Shown: positions 37,714 through 47,601 of the stretch, piece by piece
How the letters are laid out: each line of letters starts with the position of its first letter
Position numbering within the stretch: the first letter of the stretch is position 1
NCBI GenBank assembly: GCA_963822965.1
Contig: CAWGJT010000001.1
Location: 32,001-96,000 of the forward strand
Direction: 5' to 3'
DNA: 64,000 nt
Origin: an uncultured delta proteobacterium
GTDB taxonomy: Bacteria > Myxococcota_A > UBA9160 > UBA4427
Translations under genes and position numbers: made by a program
Notes under the pieces: generated by a model
Database searches by the model: none
What the model saw: the letters and a program-made list of their open reading frames with translations, nothing else
Told to the model about the DNA's origin: nothing

Positions 37714-38691
37714 TCAGATCGAGAGACCCAGCACCAGCCGCTCGATCGCCATCTCCGGCCGCATGCTGGATGCGCCCTTCAGGGCGGTGTCCGCTTCGTG
37801 GATGGCGTGCAGGCACGCCATCAGCCGACCCGGCGGATAGCGGCGCGCCTGGCTCTCGAGCTTGCGCACGACGAAGGGCGGCCCGGGGACACGCCCCCCC
37901 GAGCCCAGCCTCAGCAGCTTGCGGAAGTGGGCGGCCAGGGTTCCCAGCACCACCGGGGCGGGTGCCCCGCCATCCAGCATGCGCCCGAGCAGCGCCAGCG
38001 CGTCCGCCGTGCGGCCTTCTCCGATGGCGTCGGTGAGGTCCCAGATCGGCTCCTCCGCGACGTGACCCGTCGACGCCTCCACGTGCGCGAGCTGGATCTT
38101 CGAGCCCTCGCCGCCCAGCAGCGCGGCCTTCGCGATCTCCTGCCGCAGCAGCAGGAGCTGGGGCCCCACCCGCTCGCACAGCAGCTCGGCGACGCCCCGC
38201 TCGAGCGACAGTCCCTGACGCTTCGCCTCGGCCCGAACGAAGGCCGCCAGCGCCCTGCCCTTGCTCGGCGCGGTGCAGTCGACCGTCGCGGCCGGGTCGG
38301 AGAAGGCCTTCACCCAGCGCTGGCGCTTGTCGGCCTTCCCGGCGATCACGACGAGAACGGTCTGGTCCTGGCCGAGCACCTCGGGCACCAGCTCCGCCAG
38401 CCCGTCGGTCAGCGCGCGCGCGGAGCCGCGCCGGGCCTCGGGCTCGCGCAACACGACGAGCCGCCGCGGGGACATCATCGGTAGGGCGGCGACGGCGTCG
38501 CGCACGACGGCCGGGGTCGCCGCGTCTCCACTCAGTCGGTCGAGATTGAAGTCTTCCGGGCCCTGGGCGAGCACCGCCCGCCGCAGGGCCGCCAGGGCGT
38601 CGTCGCGCAGCAGGGCCTCCTCCCCCGCCAGCAGGTAGGCCGGCCGGATGCGGCCGGCCTCGAGCTCGGCGCCGAGCTCTTCGAGATTCAC
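37714..38691 (-). CDS. holA: DNA polymerase III delta subunit
   Basis: IRPAYLLAGEE, FNLDRL, LPMMSPRRLVV, QEIAKAAL, IWDLTDAI, EADTALKG; lptE-holA order convergent with rpsT. Confidence 0.93.
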   Translation of the reverse strand: MNLEELGAELEAGRIRPAYLLAGEEALLRDDALAALRRAVLAQGPEDFNLDRLSGDAATPAVVRDAVAALPMMSPRRLVVLREPEARRGSARALTDGLAELVPEVLGQDQTVLVVIAGKADKRQRWVKAFSDPAATVDCTAPSKGRALAAFVRAEAKRQGLSLERGVAELLCERVGPQLLLLRQEIAKAALLGGEGSKIQLAHVEASTGHVAEEPIWDLTDAIGEGRTADALALLGRMLDGGAPAPVVLGTLAAHFRKLLRLGSGGRVPGPPFVVRKLESQARRYPPGRLMACLHAIHEADTALKGASSMRPEMAIERLVLGLSI

Positions 38692-39344
38692 GAGGCGCCT
38701 CCGCTCGCCTCGCCCGCAGCGGGTTGCGCCCCTTCCGCTTCGCGCTCCGCGAGCTGCAGACCGATCGCATCGTGGATGCGTCCCGCCAGCACGTCGGCGA
38801 TGCGCCGCAGCGCCTCCAGGCGGTTCTTGCGCGCCGCCTCGGCGTCGGCGCTGGCGAGGTACAGCTCGGACTCCTTGAGCGCGGCGGAGTCGATGCGCAG
38901 GGCCCGACCGGCGCCGTCGGTCACGTCGAGCGCCAGGCTGAGCTCCACCCGGTACTCGAGGGCGAGGGCCACCGTGTCGAAGCTCTCGGGCTGCGTGGTG
39001 AGCGGCAGCACGCGTCCCCGGATCACCCAGTCCGCCGCGGCCGGATCGGCCACGAGGCGCGGCGCGGGGCGACGCAGGAACTCCTCGCGCAGTGCCCGCG
39101 TCACGGTCAGCTCGACGCCCGGCTCGACGGAGTCGTTCGCGAGGGTGACCACCGAGATCCGGAGGTCGCCGGCGTCCGAGGGGCGAAGCAGGCGATAGCC
39201 ACACCCCTGCGCGACGAGCGCACAGCCCACCACCGCGAGAGCGAGGGCGCGGCCGAAGCCGAGCACGACGCAGCGGCCGAAGCCGAGCACGACGCAGCGG
39301 CCGAAGCCGACGCGCTCTGGATGCAACGACGCGAAGCGGGGCAC
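38688..39344 (-). CDS. lptE: LPS assembly lipoprotein LptE (start uncertain)
   Basis: Lipobox-like VAQG-CGYRL, NDSVEPGVE, ADWVIRG, EYRVEL; directly upstream of holA. Confidence 0.85.
   Translation of the reverse strand: MPRFASLHPERVGFGRCVVLGFGRCVVLGFGRALALAVVGCALVAQGCGYRLLRPSDAGDLRISVVTLANDSVEPGVELTVTRALREEFLRRPAPRLVADPAAADWVIRGRVLPLTTQPESFDTVALALEYRVELSLALDVTDGAGRALRIDSAALKESELYLASADAEAARKNRLEALRRIADVLAGRIHDAIGLQLAEREAEGAQPAAGEASGGAS
39249..39310. repeat. 24-bp tandem repeat, ~2.6 perfect copies
   Basis: Unit gcggccgaagccgagcacgacgca at 39249, 39273 and partial at 39297; encodes GFGRCVVL repeats in the lptE frame. Confidence 0.95.
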
Positions 39345-39420
39345 GAGCGAGATATAGCACCCGCGACGGCGCGCACGGAAGGCGCAGCACGCCGGAAGCG
39401 CGCGGAGCGACGCACTGGGG

Positions 39421-39589
39421 CTAGAGGCCCGGCCGGAAAGCGCGACCTGCATTCGAGCGCTCCCGCGGCGCCCTGGCTGCGTTCCGCTCCCGTCGCCGTA
39501 GCTTCGGCTACGCCTCGGTCGCGCGCCTTGCCAGGACGCCGCAGATCACGCTCTCGGTGCCGCGGTACACTTTCCGGCCGGGCCTCTAG
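39421..39589. mobile_element. MITE-like non-autonomous element, copy 2 (169 bp, CTAG-bounded)
   Basis: Perfect 20-bp inverted repeat ctagaggcccggccggaaag (39421-39440) / ctttccggccgggcctctag (39570-39589); right CTAG contains the MCP stop codon; core homologous (inverted) to 1242-1408. Confidence 0.75.
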
Positions 39590-42147
39590 AGCCGGAAGCG
39601 CTCCACGTCCTCCCGCAGCGCGTTGGCCTGCTCGAGCAGCTGTCGCGCCACCTCCCGCACGCGACGGGCCGACTCCTGATTGCCTTCGCCCCGGGTCGAC
39701 AGCTCGTCGAGGAAGCCGCCGACCTGCCCGCTCGACCGGGTCTGGGACTGCAGGGCGCCGTGGATGGTCTCCGCGGCGCGGCGCACGCCCTCGACGCTCT
39801 CCCGGATGCGCAGGGTGCCGCGGGCCTGCTCGACGGTGGTCGCCTGGAGCTGCTGGGCGATGTCGCGCATGGCCTCCGTGGATCGCACCACCACCTCGTT
39901 GCCCCGATCCTGCTCCGCCGTCGCGCGCTGGATCGCGTCGACCCCACGCTTGACGGACTCCATCTGCTCGACCACGTAGCTCGAAGCCCGGGTCTGCTCC
40001 TGCACGGCCGACAGGATGTGGTCGATCCGCTCGCCGCTCTCCCGGGAGACCCGCGTGATCTCCTCCAGGGAAGCGCCGGCCTCGGCCGACAGGCGCACGC
40101 CCTCGGCGACGTTCGTCGACCCCGCGGAGATGGCCAGGGCGGCGTTCGCGCTCTCCTGCTGCACGGCCCGGATCAGGTCGCCGATCTCCTTCGTGCTCGA
40201 GAGCACCCGGTCGGCGAGGCCCTTGATCTCTTCGGCCACCACGGAGAAGGCACGCCCGTCCTCACCGGCCTGGGCGGCGATGATCGCCGCGTTGAGCGCG
40301 AGCAGGTTCGTCTCGTCGGCGACGTCGCCGATGACGTCGACGATCGTGCCGATCTCCTGGGCGCGCGCGCCGAGCCCCCGGATCACGCTCTCCGCGGAGT
40401 CCGTCGCGCTCCGGATCGACTCCATGCTCTCCACCGTCTGCCGGACCGTCTCGCGGCCGCGCTCGGCGGTCTCGACCACGCGGCGCGAACGCTCGGCGCT
40501 GTCGGCCGCCGCCGCATCCACCTCACGCATGGCGCCGGCCATCCGGCTCATGCTCGACGAGGTGTTCTCCGCCGCCTCGGCGAGCGAGCCCGTGTTCCGG
40601 GAGACCTCGCGCATGCTCTGGACACCCTGCTGGATGGCGCTCGACACCTCGTCCACCTTGCCGAAGAGCACGTTCGCGGTCTCCGCCAGCTGCTCGCCCG
40701 AGGTGCCGAGCTCGAGGATCGAGCTGCTGGCGTCCTCCACCAGCAGGTTCAGCTCCTGGGCGGAGGTGGCGATGTCCCGGCCCTGCTCGGAGAGGCCCTG
40801 GATGGCGCGCGCGCTCTCCACCACGCCGCGTCCCTGGGATTCGGCCGCGGCGGCGACGCTCTCCGAGACCGTCGCGGCTTCGGTCGCCGTGGCCTCCACG
40901 CGGTCCGCCGCCTCGGAGACGCGTCCGACGGTCGCCCGCAACGCGGCGGACATGCGCTCGAAGGAGCGCGCGAGCACGCCCAGCTCGTCCTCGGATTCGA
41001 ACACCTCGCGGAACCGGAGGTCCCCCGCCGCCACCCGCTCCGCGCTGGCACCGAGCTCCTGGGTGCCGGCACCCAGATCGCGCGAGAGCTCCTGGGCGAG
41101 GGCGAGCGCGATGGCCGCCGACAGCCCGAGGGTGAGACCGAAGCGGAGCCAGCCCGCGAGCGGCGAGGGCGAGATGGCCTCCCAAGGCTGCACGGCAACG
41201 ACGACCGGGCGTCCTTCTCCCAGGGAGCGCCAGGCGAACGCGTGGGGCGAATCGAAGGTCAGGCTGTTTCCCGCCGCTCCGCGAACCTCGGCCAGCTCGG
41301 AATCGAGCAGGGCGGCGGCTTCCCCGTCCACCACCCGACCGCTCTCCGGGTCGACGATCAGGAGCTGCGCCGCGATACCGAGCGCCGCGGCCTCCTCGTG
41401 CAGCCCGGCCAGCGCAGCGGGGTCTGCCTCCAGGGCTGCGGCCCGATGGTCGAGCCAGGCCGCCTGGATGCGGACGGCGTTCTCCTCCAGGGGCTGGCTG
41501 CCGTGGATCAGCGACACGAAGAGCGCGAAGGCGACGGTCACGAAGGTCACCCCGGTGACCGACCAGCGCAGCTTGCGGCCCACGTCGATGCGGCGCACCA
41601 GCGCCTGGCGCTCTCCGGGGTCGGGGATGCGCCGTCCGAGCTCGCGCAGCAGGCGCGCGTTGATCCGCTTCAGGCCGAAGAAGACGAAGACCGAGCACAC
41701 GAAGCCGCCGCCCGTCGCCGCGAGACTCATGGAGGCGAAGCGAAAGGCGCCGAACGCCTCGAAGCGCCAGGCCATCACCCCGGCGGTGAAGAAGCCCGCC
41801 GCGGTCCACCAGAAGAGTCCGCTCCGGAAGAACTGGAAGGGAAGGTCGGAGAGCGCCCGGAACGCCTCGCGCAAGCCGTCGGGCGTGGCCTCGCCCGCGA
41901 CCTCGGCGTCGAGATGGCGCTGCACGGGGCGAACCAGCGGGCGGTTCAGGAGACTCGTACCCACGAACATCAGGGGTCCGACCACGACCAGAATCCAGAG
42001 GAAGCCCCGCCACTCGACCGAGGACAGACGCACGAGTGCGTGGAAACACGCCGAGATGAGCCCGACGGCTACGGTGGACATGACGCCCAGGAAGAGCATC
42101 TGCCGTCTCAGGAATTCCGATCCCGAATCGAGTCGCCGATCTCCCAC
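39586..42147 (-). CDS. Methyl-accepting chemotaxis protein, multi-TM sensor, HAMP, very long signalling domain
   Basis: About six TM helices, HAMP (AAGDLR...SEDELGVLARSFERM), tip ETNLLALNAAIIAAQAGEDGRAFSVVAEEIKGLA; ~223 aa from tip to C-terminus. Confidence 0.95.
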   Translation of the reverse strand: MGDRRLDSGSEFLRRQMLFLGVMSTVAVGLISACFHALVRLSSVEWRGFLWILVVVGPLMFVGTSLLNRPLVRPVQRHLDAEVAGEATPDGLREAFRALSDLPFQFFRSGLFWWTAAGFFTAGVMAWRFEAFGAFRFASMSLAATGGGFVCSVFVFFGLKRINARLLRELGRRIPDPGERQALVRRIDVGRKLRWSVTGVTFVTVAFALFVSLIHGSQPLEENAVRIQAAWLDHRAAALEADPAALAGLHEEAAALGIAAQLLIVDPESGRVVDGEAAALLDSELAEVRGAAGNSLTFDSPHAFAWRSLGEGRPVVVAVQPWEAISPSPLAGWLRFGLTLGLSAAIALALAQELSRDLGAGTQELGASAERVAAGDLRFREVFESEDELGVLARSFERMSAALRATVGRVSEAADRVEATATEAATVSESVAAAAESQGRGVVESARAIQGLSEQGRDIATSAQELNLLVEDASSSILELGTSGEQLAETANVLFGKVDEVSSAIQQGVQSMREVSRNTGSLAEAAENTSSSMSRMAGAMREVDAAAADSAERSRRVVETAERGRETVRQTVESMESIRSATDSAESVIRGLGARAQEIGTIVDVIGDVADETNLLALNAAIIAAQAGEDGRAFSVVAEEIKGLADRVLSSTKEIGDLIRAVQQESANAALAISAGSTNVAEGVRLSAEAGASLEEITRVSRESGERIDHILSAVQEQTRASSYVVEQMESVKRGVDAIQRATAEQDRGNEVVVRSTEAMRDIAQQLQATTVEQARGTLRIRESVEGVRRAAETIHGALQSQTRSSGQVGGFLDELSTRGEGNQESARRVREVARQLLEQANALREDVERFRL

Positions 42148-42207
42148 GAAGAACCCGCCTTTGGAGCTCCAGCCCCCGCTGCGCCGGCCGGAACGGCGCT
42201 TCCCGCC

Positions 42208-42585
42208 CTACTCGAGCTTGAGCAGGCTCTTGGCCACGGCGAGCACCTTGTTCGACTGGATGGGCTTCGTCAGGTACTCGTTGGCGCCGAGGGAGAGCGC
42301 GCGCTCCCGATCCTCACTGGCTCCCTCCGTGGTGATCACGCAGATCGACATGCCTTCGAGGCTCTGCTCTCCGCGGATCAGGGAGATGAGCTTGAGTCCG
42401 TCCATCACCGGCATGTTGATGTCCACGAAGGCGAGGTCGAAGTGGTCGCTGGTCACCTTGCGAAGACCGTCCATCCCGTCGCTGGCTTCGACGATGTCCA
42501 CGTCCTTCAGCCGTTTGAGCGCGAACAGGAGCAGCTGCCGCATCGTCGGGCTGTCTTCGACGATCAGAATTCGATGCTCGGCCAT
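42208..42585 (-). CDS. cheY: CheY-like single-domain response regulator
   Basis: ILIVEDSPTMR, AFVDINMPVMDG, VITTEG, GANEYLTKP; AGGAG upstream. Confidence 0.93.
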   Translation of the reverse strand: MAEHRILIVEDSPTMRQLLLFALKRLKDVDIVEASDGMDGLRKVTSDHFDLAFVDINMPVMDGLKLISLIRGEQSLEGMSICVITTEGASEDRERALSLGANEYLTKPIQSNKVLAVAKSLLKLE

Positions 42586-42625
42586 GATGAACTCCTTGCA
42601 GGCGCCGCCCGGTGGCGGCCACGAA

Positions 42626-43456
42626 TCACTTCGTGAGAAGGTCGATGAATCCCTGGATGGTGGAGAGCTTCCGCTCGGACTGCGCGTAGAGCCGCGACGC
42701 GAAGATGGCCGTCGCGGCGTGCCCCGCAAGCAACGTGAAGAGCTCGTGATCCAACGCCGAGAAGCCGGACTTCTGTTGCAGCAGGCTGTGGACCGCGATG
42801 GCGCCGACCGGCAGGTCCTCCACCTTGAGCGGAATCGCGACGATCGGCACCGACTCGACCGGATTCCCCGCGTCCCGGGACGTCATGTCGTGGCAGACCA
42901 CGTTCCCCGTCTCCACCGCCTCTCCCACCGGCCCCCGCCCGATCTCCAGCTCGGGGAACAAATCCAGGTCGGCGCCCTCCGAAGCCACCGGCTCCAGGGA
43001 GCGCGAGTCATCCTGGCAGACGTAGACGCAGAAGACCTCCGCACCGATCAGGTTGATCACGATCTCGACGATCACCCGCAGGACCTCGCTCGGGTCGAGC
43101 GTCGAGTGGAGCTGGTAGGACGCGACGTAGAGGTTCGCGAGGTTGTTGTTCTCCTCCTCGATCTCGATGTAGCGATCCGCAAACTGCTGGTTCTCGGACT
43201 CGACGGCCCGCAGCTGCTCCATGATGTCGCGATTCTCGGCCTCGAGGTTCTCGATGCGGTTGATCAGCTCGTAGCGGAGCTTCTCCCAGTCTCCGGGAGA
43301 CTGCGCCGCTTCGTGCTGCCGCGCCTCGATGGCGTTGATGCGACCCCGCAGGCGCTCGTTCTCCGCCAGGAGCTCCCTGGTGAACTCGGCGCCCCGGTGG
43401 AAGATCGCGAGCACGGCTTCGCCGCGATCGACGCTGTCTCCCTTGCCGTCGCTCAT
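42626..43456 (-). CDS. Coiled-coil plus GAF domain protein of the che cluster
   Basis: N-terminal heptads (ELLAENERLR...EEENNNLANLYVASYQLHSTLD), GAF features (GRGPVGEAVETG, IAIPL..VGAIAV, FSALDHELFTLLAGHAATAI). Confidence 0.85.
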   Translation of the reverse strand: MSDGKGDSVDRGEAVLAIFHRGAEFTRELLAENERLRGRINAIEARQHEAAQSPGDWEKLRYELINRIENLEAENRDIMEQLRAVESENQQFADRYIEIEEENNNLANLYVASYQLHSTLDPSEVLRVIVEIVINLIGAEVFCVYVCQDDSRSLEPVASEGADLDLFPELEIGRGPVGEAVETGNVVCHDMTSRDAGNPVESVPIVAIPLKVEDLPVGAIAVHSLLQQKSGFSALDHELFTLLAGHAATAIFASRLYAQSERKLSTIQGFIDLLTK

Positions 43457-44550
43457 TGCGTTTCCTTTCCGGGTGCGGGGCCCTGGGAGTCCCGCGCGAG
43501 GCCCGACTGGATCGCCGTCGGGATCTGGCCCAGCGGGAGCACCCGGTCCACGAAGCCGGACCGGATCACCTGCTGGGGCATGCCAAAGATGACCGCCGAT
43601 TCCTCGGACTCGGCGATCACGGTTCCGCCCGCCCGCTTCACCGCCTCCGCGCCGCGGCGGCCGTCGTCTCCCATTCCGGTGAGGACCACGGCGAGCAGGT
43701 CCGCACCGAAGTGCTTCGCGGCCGATTCGAAGAGGCGATCCACCGACGGGCTGTACTTGTCCCCGGGCTCGCTGCCGGACACGCGCGTGACCACCCGCCC
43801 CTTGCGATTCTCGAGCTCGAGGTGATGGCCGCCGGGTGCCACCCACACGGAGCCGGCGACCAACGGCTCGCCGCCCGCGGCCTCGCGCACGAAGAAGGGC
43901 GTGAGGCGGTCGAGGCGCTCCGCGAACCCCTTAGTGAAGCCTTCGGGCATGTGCTGCGCCACCAGGAACGAGCAGTGGGGTGGCTCCGAAAAAGCCGCGA
44001 AGGTCTGCATCAGCGCGCTGGGCCCACCCGTGGACGACCCGATCACCACCACGGGCGCGGCGGGCACCTGCACCACCTCGCTCGCCGACGACAACCGGGG
44101 CAGTGCCGGAGGCGGCGCCACGATGCGATCGCGGACCTTCTCGATGCGCAGGTCCCGGATGGCGTGGACCTTCCGGATGAGCTCGGAACGGATCGTCTGC
44201 AGCTCGGGCGTCGCGCGGGACGTCGGCTTCGCCAGAAAGTCGACGGCGCCGAGATCGAGCGCCTTGAACACGTCCTGCTCGCCGGCCTGGCCGCTGATCA
44301 CCATGACCGGCGTCGGGCGCTTGTTCATCACCAGCCGCAAGAACGTGAACCCGTCCATGCGCGGCATCTCGAGATCCAGGGTGATCAGGTCGGGATGCAG
44401 GTCGAAGGTCTTGCGCAGGGCGTCTTCGCCGTCACGCGCGACCCCCACCACCTCGACGAGCGGGGAGGTCTGCAGCATGCGCGTGATGGTCTGACGGCTG
44501 AACGCCGAGTCGTCGATCACGAGGACGCGGATGCGGTCGCGCTGCGTCAT
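43453..44550 (-). CDS. cheB: Chemotaxis methylesterase with receiver domain
   Basis: VLVIDDSAFSR, TLDLEMPRMDG; catalytic GSSTGGP, AQHMP, PSVDRLF, LTGMGDDG, IFGMP. Confidence 0.97.
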   Translation of the reverse strand: MTQRDRIRVLVIDDSAFSRQTITRMLQTSPLVEVVGVARDGEDALRKTFDLHPDLITLDLEMPRMDGFTFLRLVMNKRPTPVMVISGQAGEQDVFKALDLGAVDFLAKPTSRATPELQTIRSELIRKVHAIRDLRIEKVRDRIVAPPPALPRLSSASEVVQVPAAPVVVIGSSTGGPSALMQTFAAFSEPPHCSFLVAQHMPEGFTKGFAERLDRLTPFFVREAAGGEPLVAGSVWVAPGGHHLELENRKGRVVTRVSGSEPGDKYSPSVDRLFESAAKHFGADLLAVVLTGMGDDGRRGAEAVKRAGGTVIAESEESAVIFGMPQQVIRSGFVDRVLPLGQIPTAIQSGLARDSQGPAPGKETQ

Positions 44551-45473
44551 TCGCGCTCCCTCCTCGAAACCGAAGCGGCGGCGGCCTCGGCGATCTGGTG
44601 CCAGCTGTCGGGCCGCTCCTCGCCGGGCACGGGCCGCCGGTAGACCAGGTCGCGCTTCAGGTGCGAGAGCTCGAACGCGCTCGAAACGTTGATCAGGGAC
44701 TCCGAATGCCCCAGAAGCAGGTATCCGCCCGGGCGCAGACGGTCGTAGAAGGTCTGGATCACGCGACGCTTCGTCTCGGCGTCGAAGTAGATGATGACGT
44801 TGCGGCAGAGGATCACGTCCATCGCGCCCAGCAGCGCGATCTTCGAGTCGTCGAGCAGGTTCAGGTGGATGAAGTCGACGTGCTTCTTCACGTCGTCGCA
44901 GATGCGGAAGAGCCCGTCCTTCTCGACGAAGTAGCGGGCGCGCAGGGCGTCGCTGGTCTCCCGGAACGAAGACTCGCGATAGACGCCCCGGCGCGACTTC
45001 GTGAGCACCGGTCGCGAGATGTCCGAAGCGTAGACCCGCAGGTCCCGACCCGGCTCGAGGCCCGCCTCCATCGCGAGCGCGATCACGCTGTAGGGCTCCT
45101 CGCCGCTGCTGCAGCCCGCGGACCAGATGGAGACGGGTCGCGTCGAGCCCGGCGCCCGCTGCAGGAGCAGCTCCGGGATGATCTCGCCGACGAGGGCCTG
45201 CAGCTGGCCCCGTTCCCGGAAGAAGTAGGTCTCGTTGGTCGTGATCAGATCGACGAGGGTCGCCATCTCCTCGTCTCCACCCGTGCTGCGCAGGGCGTAG
45301 AGATAGGCGGTGAAGCCGCCGAGCCCCAGCTCGCGGATCCGTCGGCCGACGCGCTTCTCGAGCAGGAAGCGCGAGGACTCGTCGAAATGCAGCCCGCAAT
45401 GGTTCCGCAGGAGCTCGCCGAAGAGGCGGAACTCCGCGTCGCTGATCACGAGCGCTTCGTTCGGATCCGGCAT
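44547..45473 (-). CDS. cheR: Chemotaxis methyltransferase
   Basis: TTNETYFFRE, IWSAGCSSGEEPYS, ASDIS, DVILCRNVIIYFD, GGYLLLGHSES. Confidence 0.97.
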   Translation of the reverse strand: MPDPNEALVISDAEFRLFGELLRNHCGLHFDESSRFLLEKRVGRRIRELGLGGFTAYLYALRSTGGDEEMATLVDLITTNETYFFRERGQLQALVGEIIPELLLQRAPGSTRPVSIWSAGCSSGEEPYSVIALAMEAGLEPGRDLRVYASDISRPVLTKSRRGVYRESSFRETSDALRARYFVEKDGLFRICDDVKKHVDFIHLNLLDDSKIALLGAMDVILCRNVIIYFDAETKRRVIQTFYDRLRPGGYLLLGHSESLINVSSAFELSHLKRDLVYRRPVPGEERPDSWHQIAEAAAASVSRRERE

Positions 45474-45483
45474 CACCGGCGCC

Positions 45484-47601
45484 TCACTCCTCGAGCCTGC
45501 GCAACGCACGCACGATCACGTCGCGGACGAAGGAATCCTGCTCGGTCTCGAGACGCCGGAGGATGGCGGGCAGCGCTCGGGCCACACCGCGATCGGCGAG
45601 GGTCTGGATCGCCTCTCCGCGCACCGCCCAGCTCGGATGCTGGACCACGGCGATCAGCTCGCACAGCGTCTCCCGATCGCCTTGACGCCCCACGCAGCCG
45701 ACCGCGGCCTGCACGATCTCCGGCTCGGAACGCTCCAGCGCGACCGCCGCAACGCGCGCCGCCTCGGGTCCACCGATGGCCTCGAGCGCGTCGAGCGCGG
45801 CCAGCGCGACCACGCCGTCCCGCCCTTCTCCGGGTCGATCCGACGCACGCAGGGAATCCTCGAGCAGGCGCAGGGCCAGCTCGAGATCCTCCGGATGGCT
45901 CTCCTGTCCGGCCGCGCAGTGCGTCCCGATGCCGCGCAGCGCGGCCGCGGCCACCCGGGGGTCTTCGTCCACGAGCAGCCGTTGGAGATCGGACAGGACC
46001 GACGGCGAAGGCGCCGCGCCGAGGGCGAACGCAGCCGCCACGCGCACCAGGGGAGACTCGTCTGCCAGGGCCAGGCGCATGGGCTCGGCCGCGGTCTCCG
46101 GATCGAGTCGCACGAGCCCGCCCACCGCCAGCCGCCGCACCCGGGCGCTGGGATCGCGAAGCAACGCGATCATGCGGTCCGCGTCCTGGGGGCGCGCGAT
46201 CTCGGCGAGCACCGCGGCAGCCGCCCGGCGCACCGACTCCACCGGGCTCTCGAGCCGGGGGCCGAGCTGCTCGACGGTATCGTCCACCAGGTCCGCGCGG
46301 CACGAGTGGCCGAGCTCGATCAGGGCACCCACCAGGGCCTCGACCTCGTCCTGGGCCTCGAGCTCGTCCTCCTGGGCGGCGACCTCGAGGCGGTGCACCA
46401 GGTCGGCGAGCGACTCGCCGGAGCACCGTGCGCCCAGCGCCCGCGCTGCCTCGGTACGAAGCTCGGCGTCGGAATCCTTGAGGGCTTCCAGCAGCCGGTC
46501 GTTCGCGGCGTCCCCCGGCAGCCGTGCGAACAGCGCACAACAGCTGCGGCGCAGCTCCCCGTCGAAGCCCGGCCAGGCGTCGTCGAGCGCCCGCTCGGCA
46601 ACCGTGCCGAGGGCCTCGAGGGTGGCGTGCGCCACCTCGGCGATCGCCTCGTCGCGCCCCGCCTCGAGGATGGGACGAACGCACTCGGGCGTGCCGGCCA
46701 GTCCCAGGAACTGCACGATCATGAGACGCGTGGCGAGGTCCGCTTCGCCGAGTCGCTCGACGGCCGCCTCCAGGAAGCCCCCGGTCGAGACCGCGGTCTC
46801 CCGGATGCGCAACGTCAGATGCTCGGCGGCGTCGGGACCGCCGCGCCCGAGCCGAGCCAGCAGCGCTTCCATCGCCGCCTCGCGGCTCGCGCGCGACGAG
46901 CTGGCGAGGCCCTTGAGGAGCAGGTCCTCGGCGCCATCGTCCTCGCAGGCGCCGAGCAGCGCGAAGGCGGCGGGTCGCAGGACCGGATCGGCCACCACTC
47001 CCTGCAGCTCCGCGGACGGCACCGAGACGTCGAGACGCGCGAGCGCCCGGAGCGCGGAGAAGCGGACGAGCAGCTCCTCATCGCCCCGGATCGCGGTGGC
47101 GTGCAGCGCCGCGGCGCTCTCGTCGCCACCCAGCACCCCCAGCGCATCGGCCGCAGCGGCGCGCACGTTCGGGTCCTCGTCGGCGAGCGCCCCGACGAGG
47201 GGACCTCGCGCGGAGACGTCGCCGATTCCCGCCATGGCGTCCACGACCAGCTTCCGGACGTCGATGTCGTCGGTGCCCAGGGCCTCTACGAGCCGCGGGA
47301 CCACCACCGGACCGCAGGCCATCAACGCCTCCACGGCCGAGTTCCGCCGTCCGGGATTGTCGCCGTCGGCGAGCGCCTCGATCAGCGCGGCGGCGACGGC
47401 GTCCGCCTCGGCCGAGCCGACGAGGCGTTCTACGGCGGCCTTGCGGACGCGCCAGCTCAGGTCCCCGAGGCTCTCGACCAGGCGCGGAATCGCCTCGCGC
47501 GCGGGGAGGGAAGACAGCCGCTCCACCGCCAGGCGCCGGATCTCCTCGTCCTCGCTTCGCAGATCCTCGAGGATCGCCGTGCGCTCGCGATCGGCGCTCA
47601 T
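45484..47601 (-). CDS. HEAT/PBS-lyase repeat protein
   Basis: Many repeats of L..D....VR..AA.AL (LGDLSWRVRKAAVERL, LADEDPNVRAAAADALG, LADESPLVRVAAAFALG, HPSWAVRGEAIQTL). Confidence 0.93.
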   Translation of the reverse strand: MSADRERTAILEDLRSEDEEIRRLAVERLSSLPAREAIPRLVESLGDLSWRVRKAAVERLVGSAEADAVAAALIEALADGDNPGRRNSAVEALMACGPVVVPRLVEALGTDDIDVRKLVVDAMAGIGDVSARGPLVGALADEDPNVRAAAADALGVLGGDESAAALHATAIRGDEELLVRFSALRALARLDVSVPSAELQGVVADPVLRPAAFALLGACEDDGAEDLLLKGLASSSRASREAAMEALLARLGRGGPDAAEHLTLRIRETAVSTGGFLEAAVERLGEADLATRLMIVQFLGLAGTPECVRPILEAGRDEAIAEVAHATLEALGTVAERALDDAWPGFDGELRRSCCALFARLPGDAANDRLLEALKDSDAELRTEAARALGARCSGESLADLVHRLEVAAQEDELEAQDEVEALVGALIELGHSCRADLVDDTVEQLGPRLESPVESVRRAAAAVLAEIARPQDADRMIALLRDPSARVRRLAVGGLVRLDPETAAEPMRLALADESPLVRVAAAFALGAAPSPSVLSDLQRLLVDEDPRVAAAALRGIGTHCAAGQESHPEDLELALRLLEDSLRASDRPGEGRDGVVALAALDALEAIGGPEAARVAAVALERSEPEIVQAAVGCVGRQGDRETLCELIAVVQHPSWAVRGEAIQTLADRGVARALPAILRRLETEQDSFVRDVIVRALRRLEE

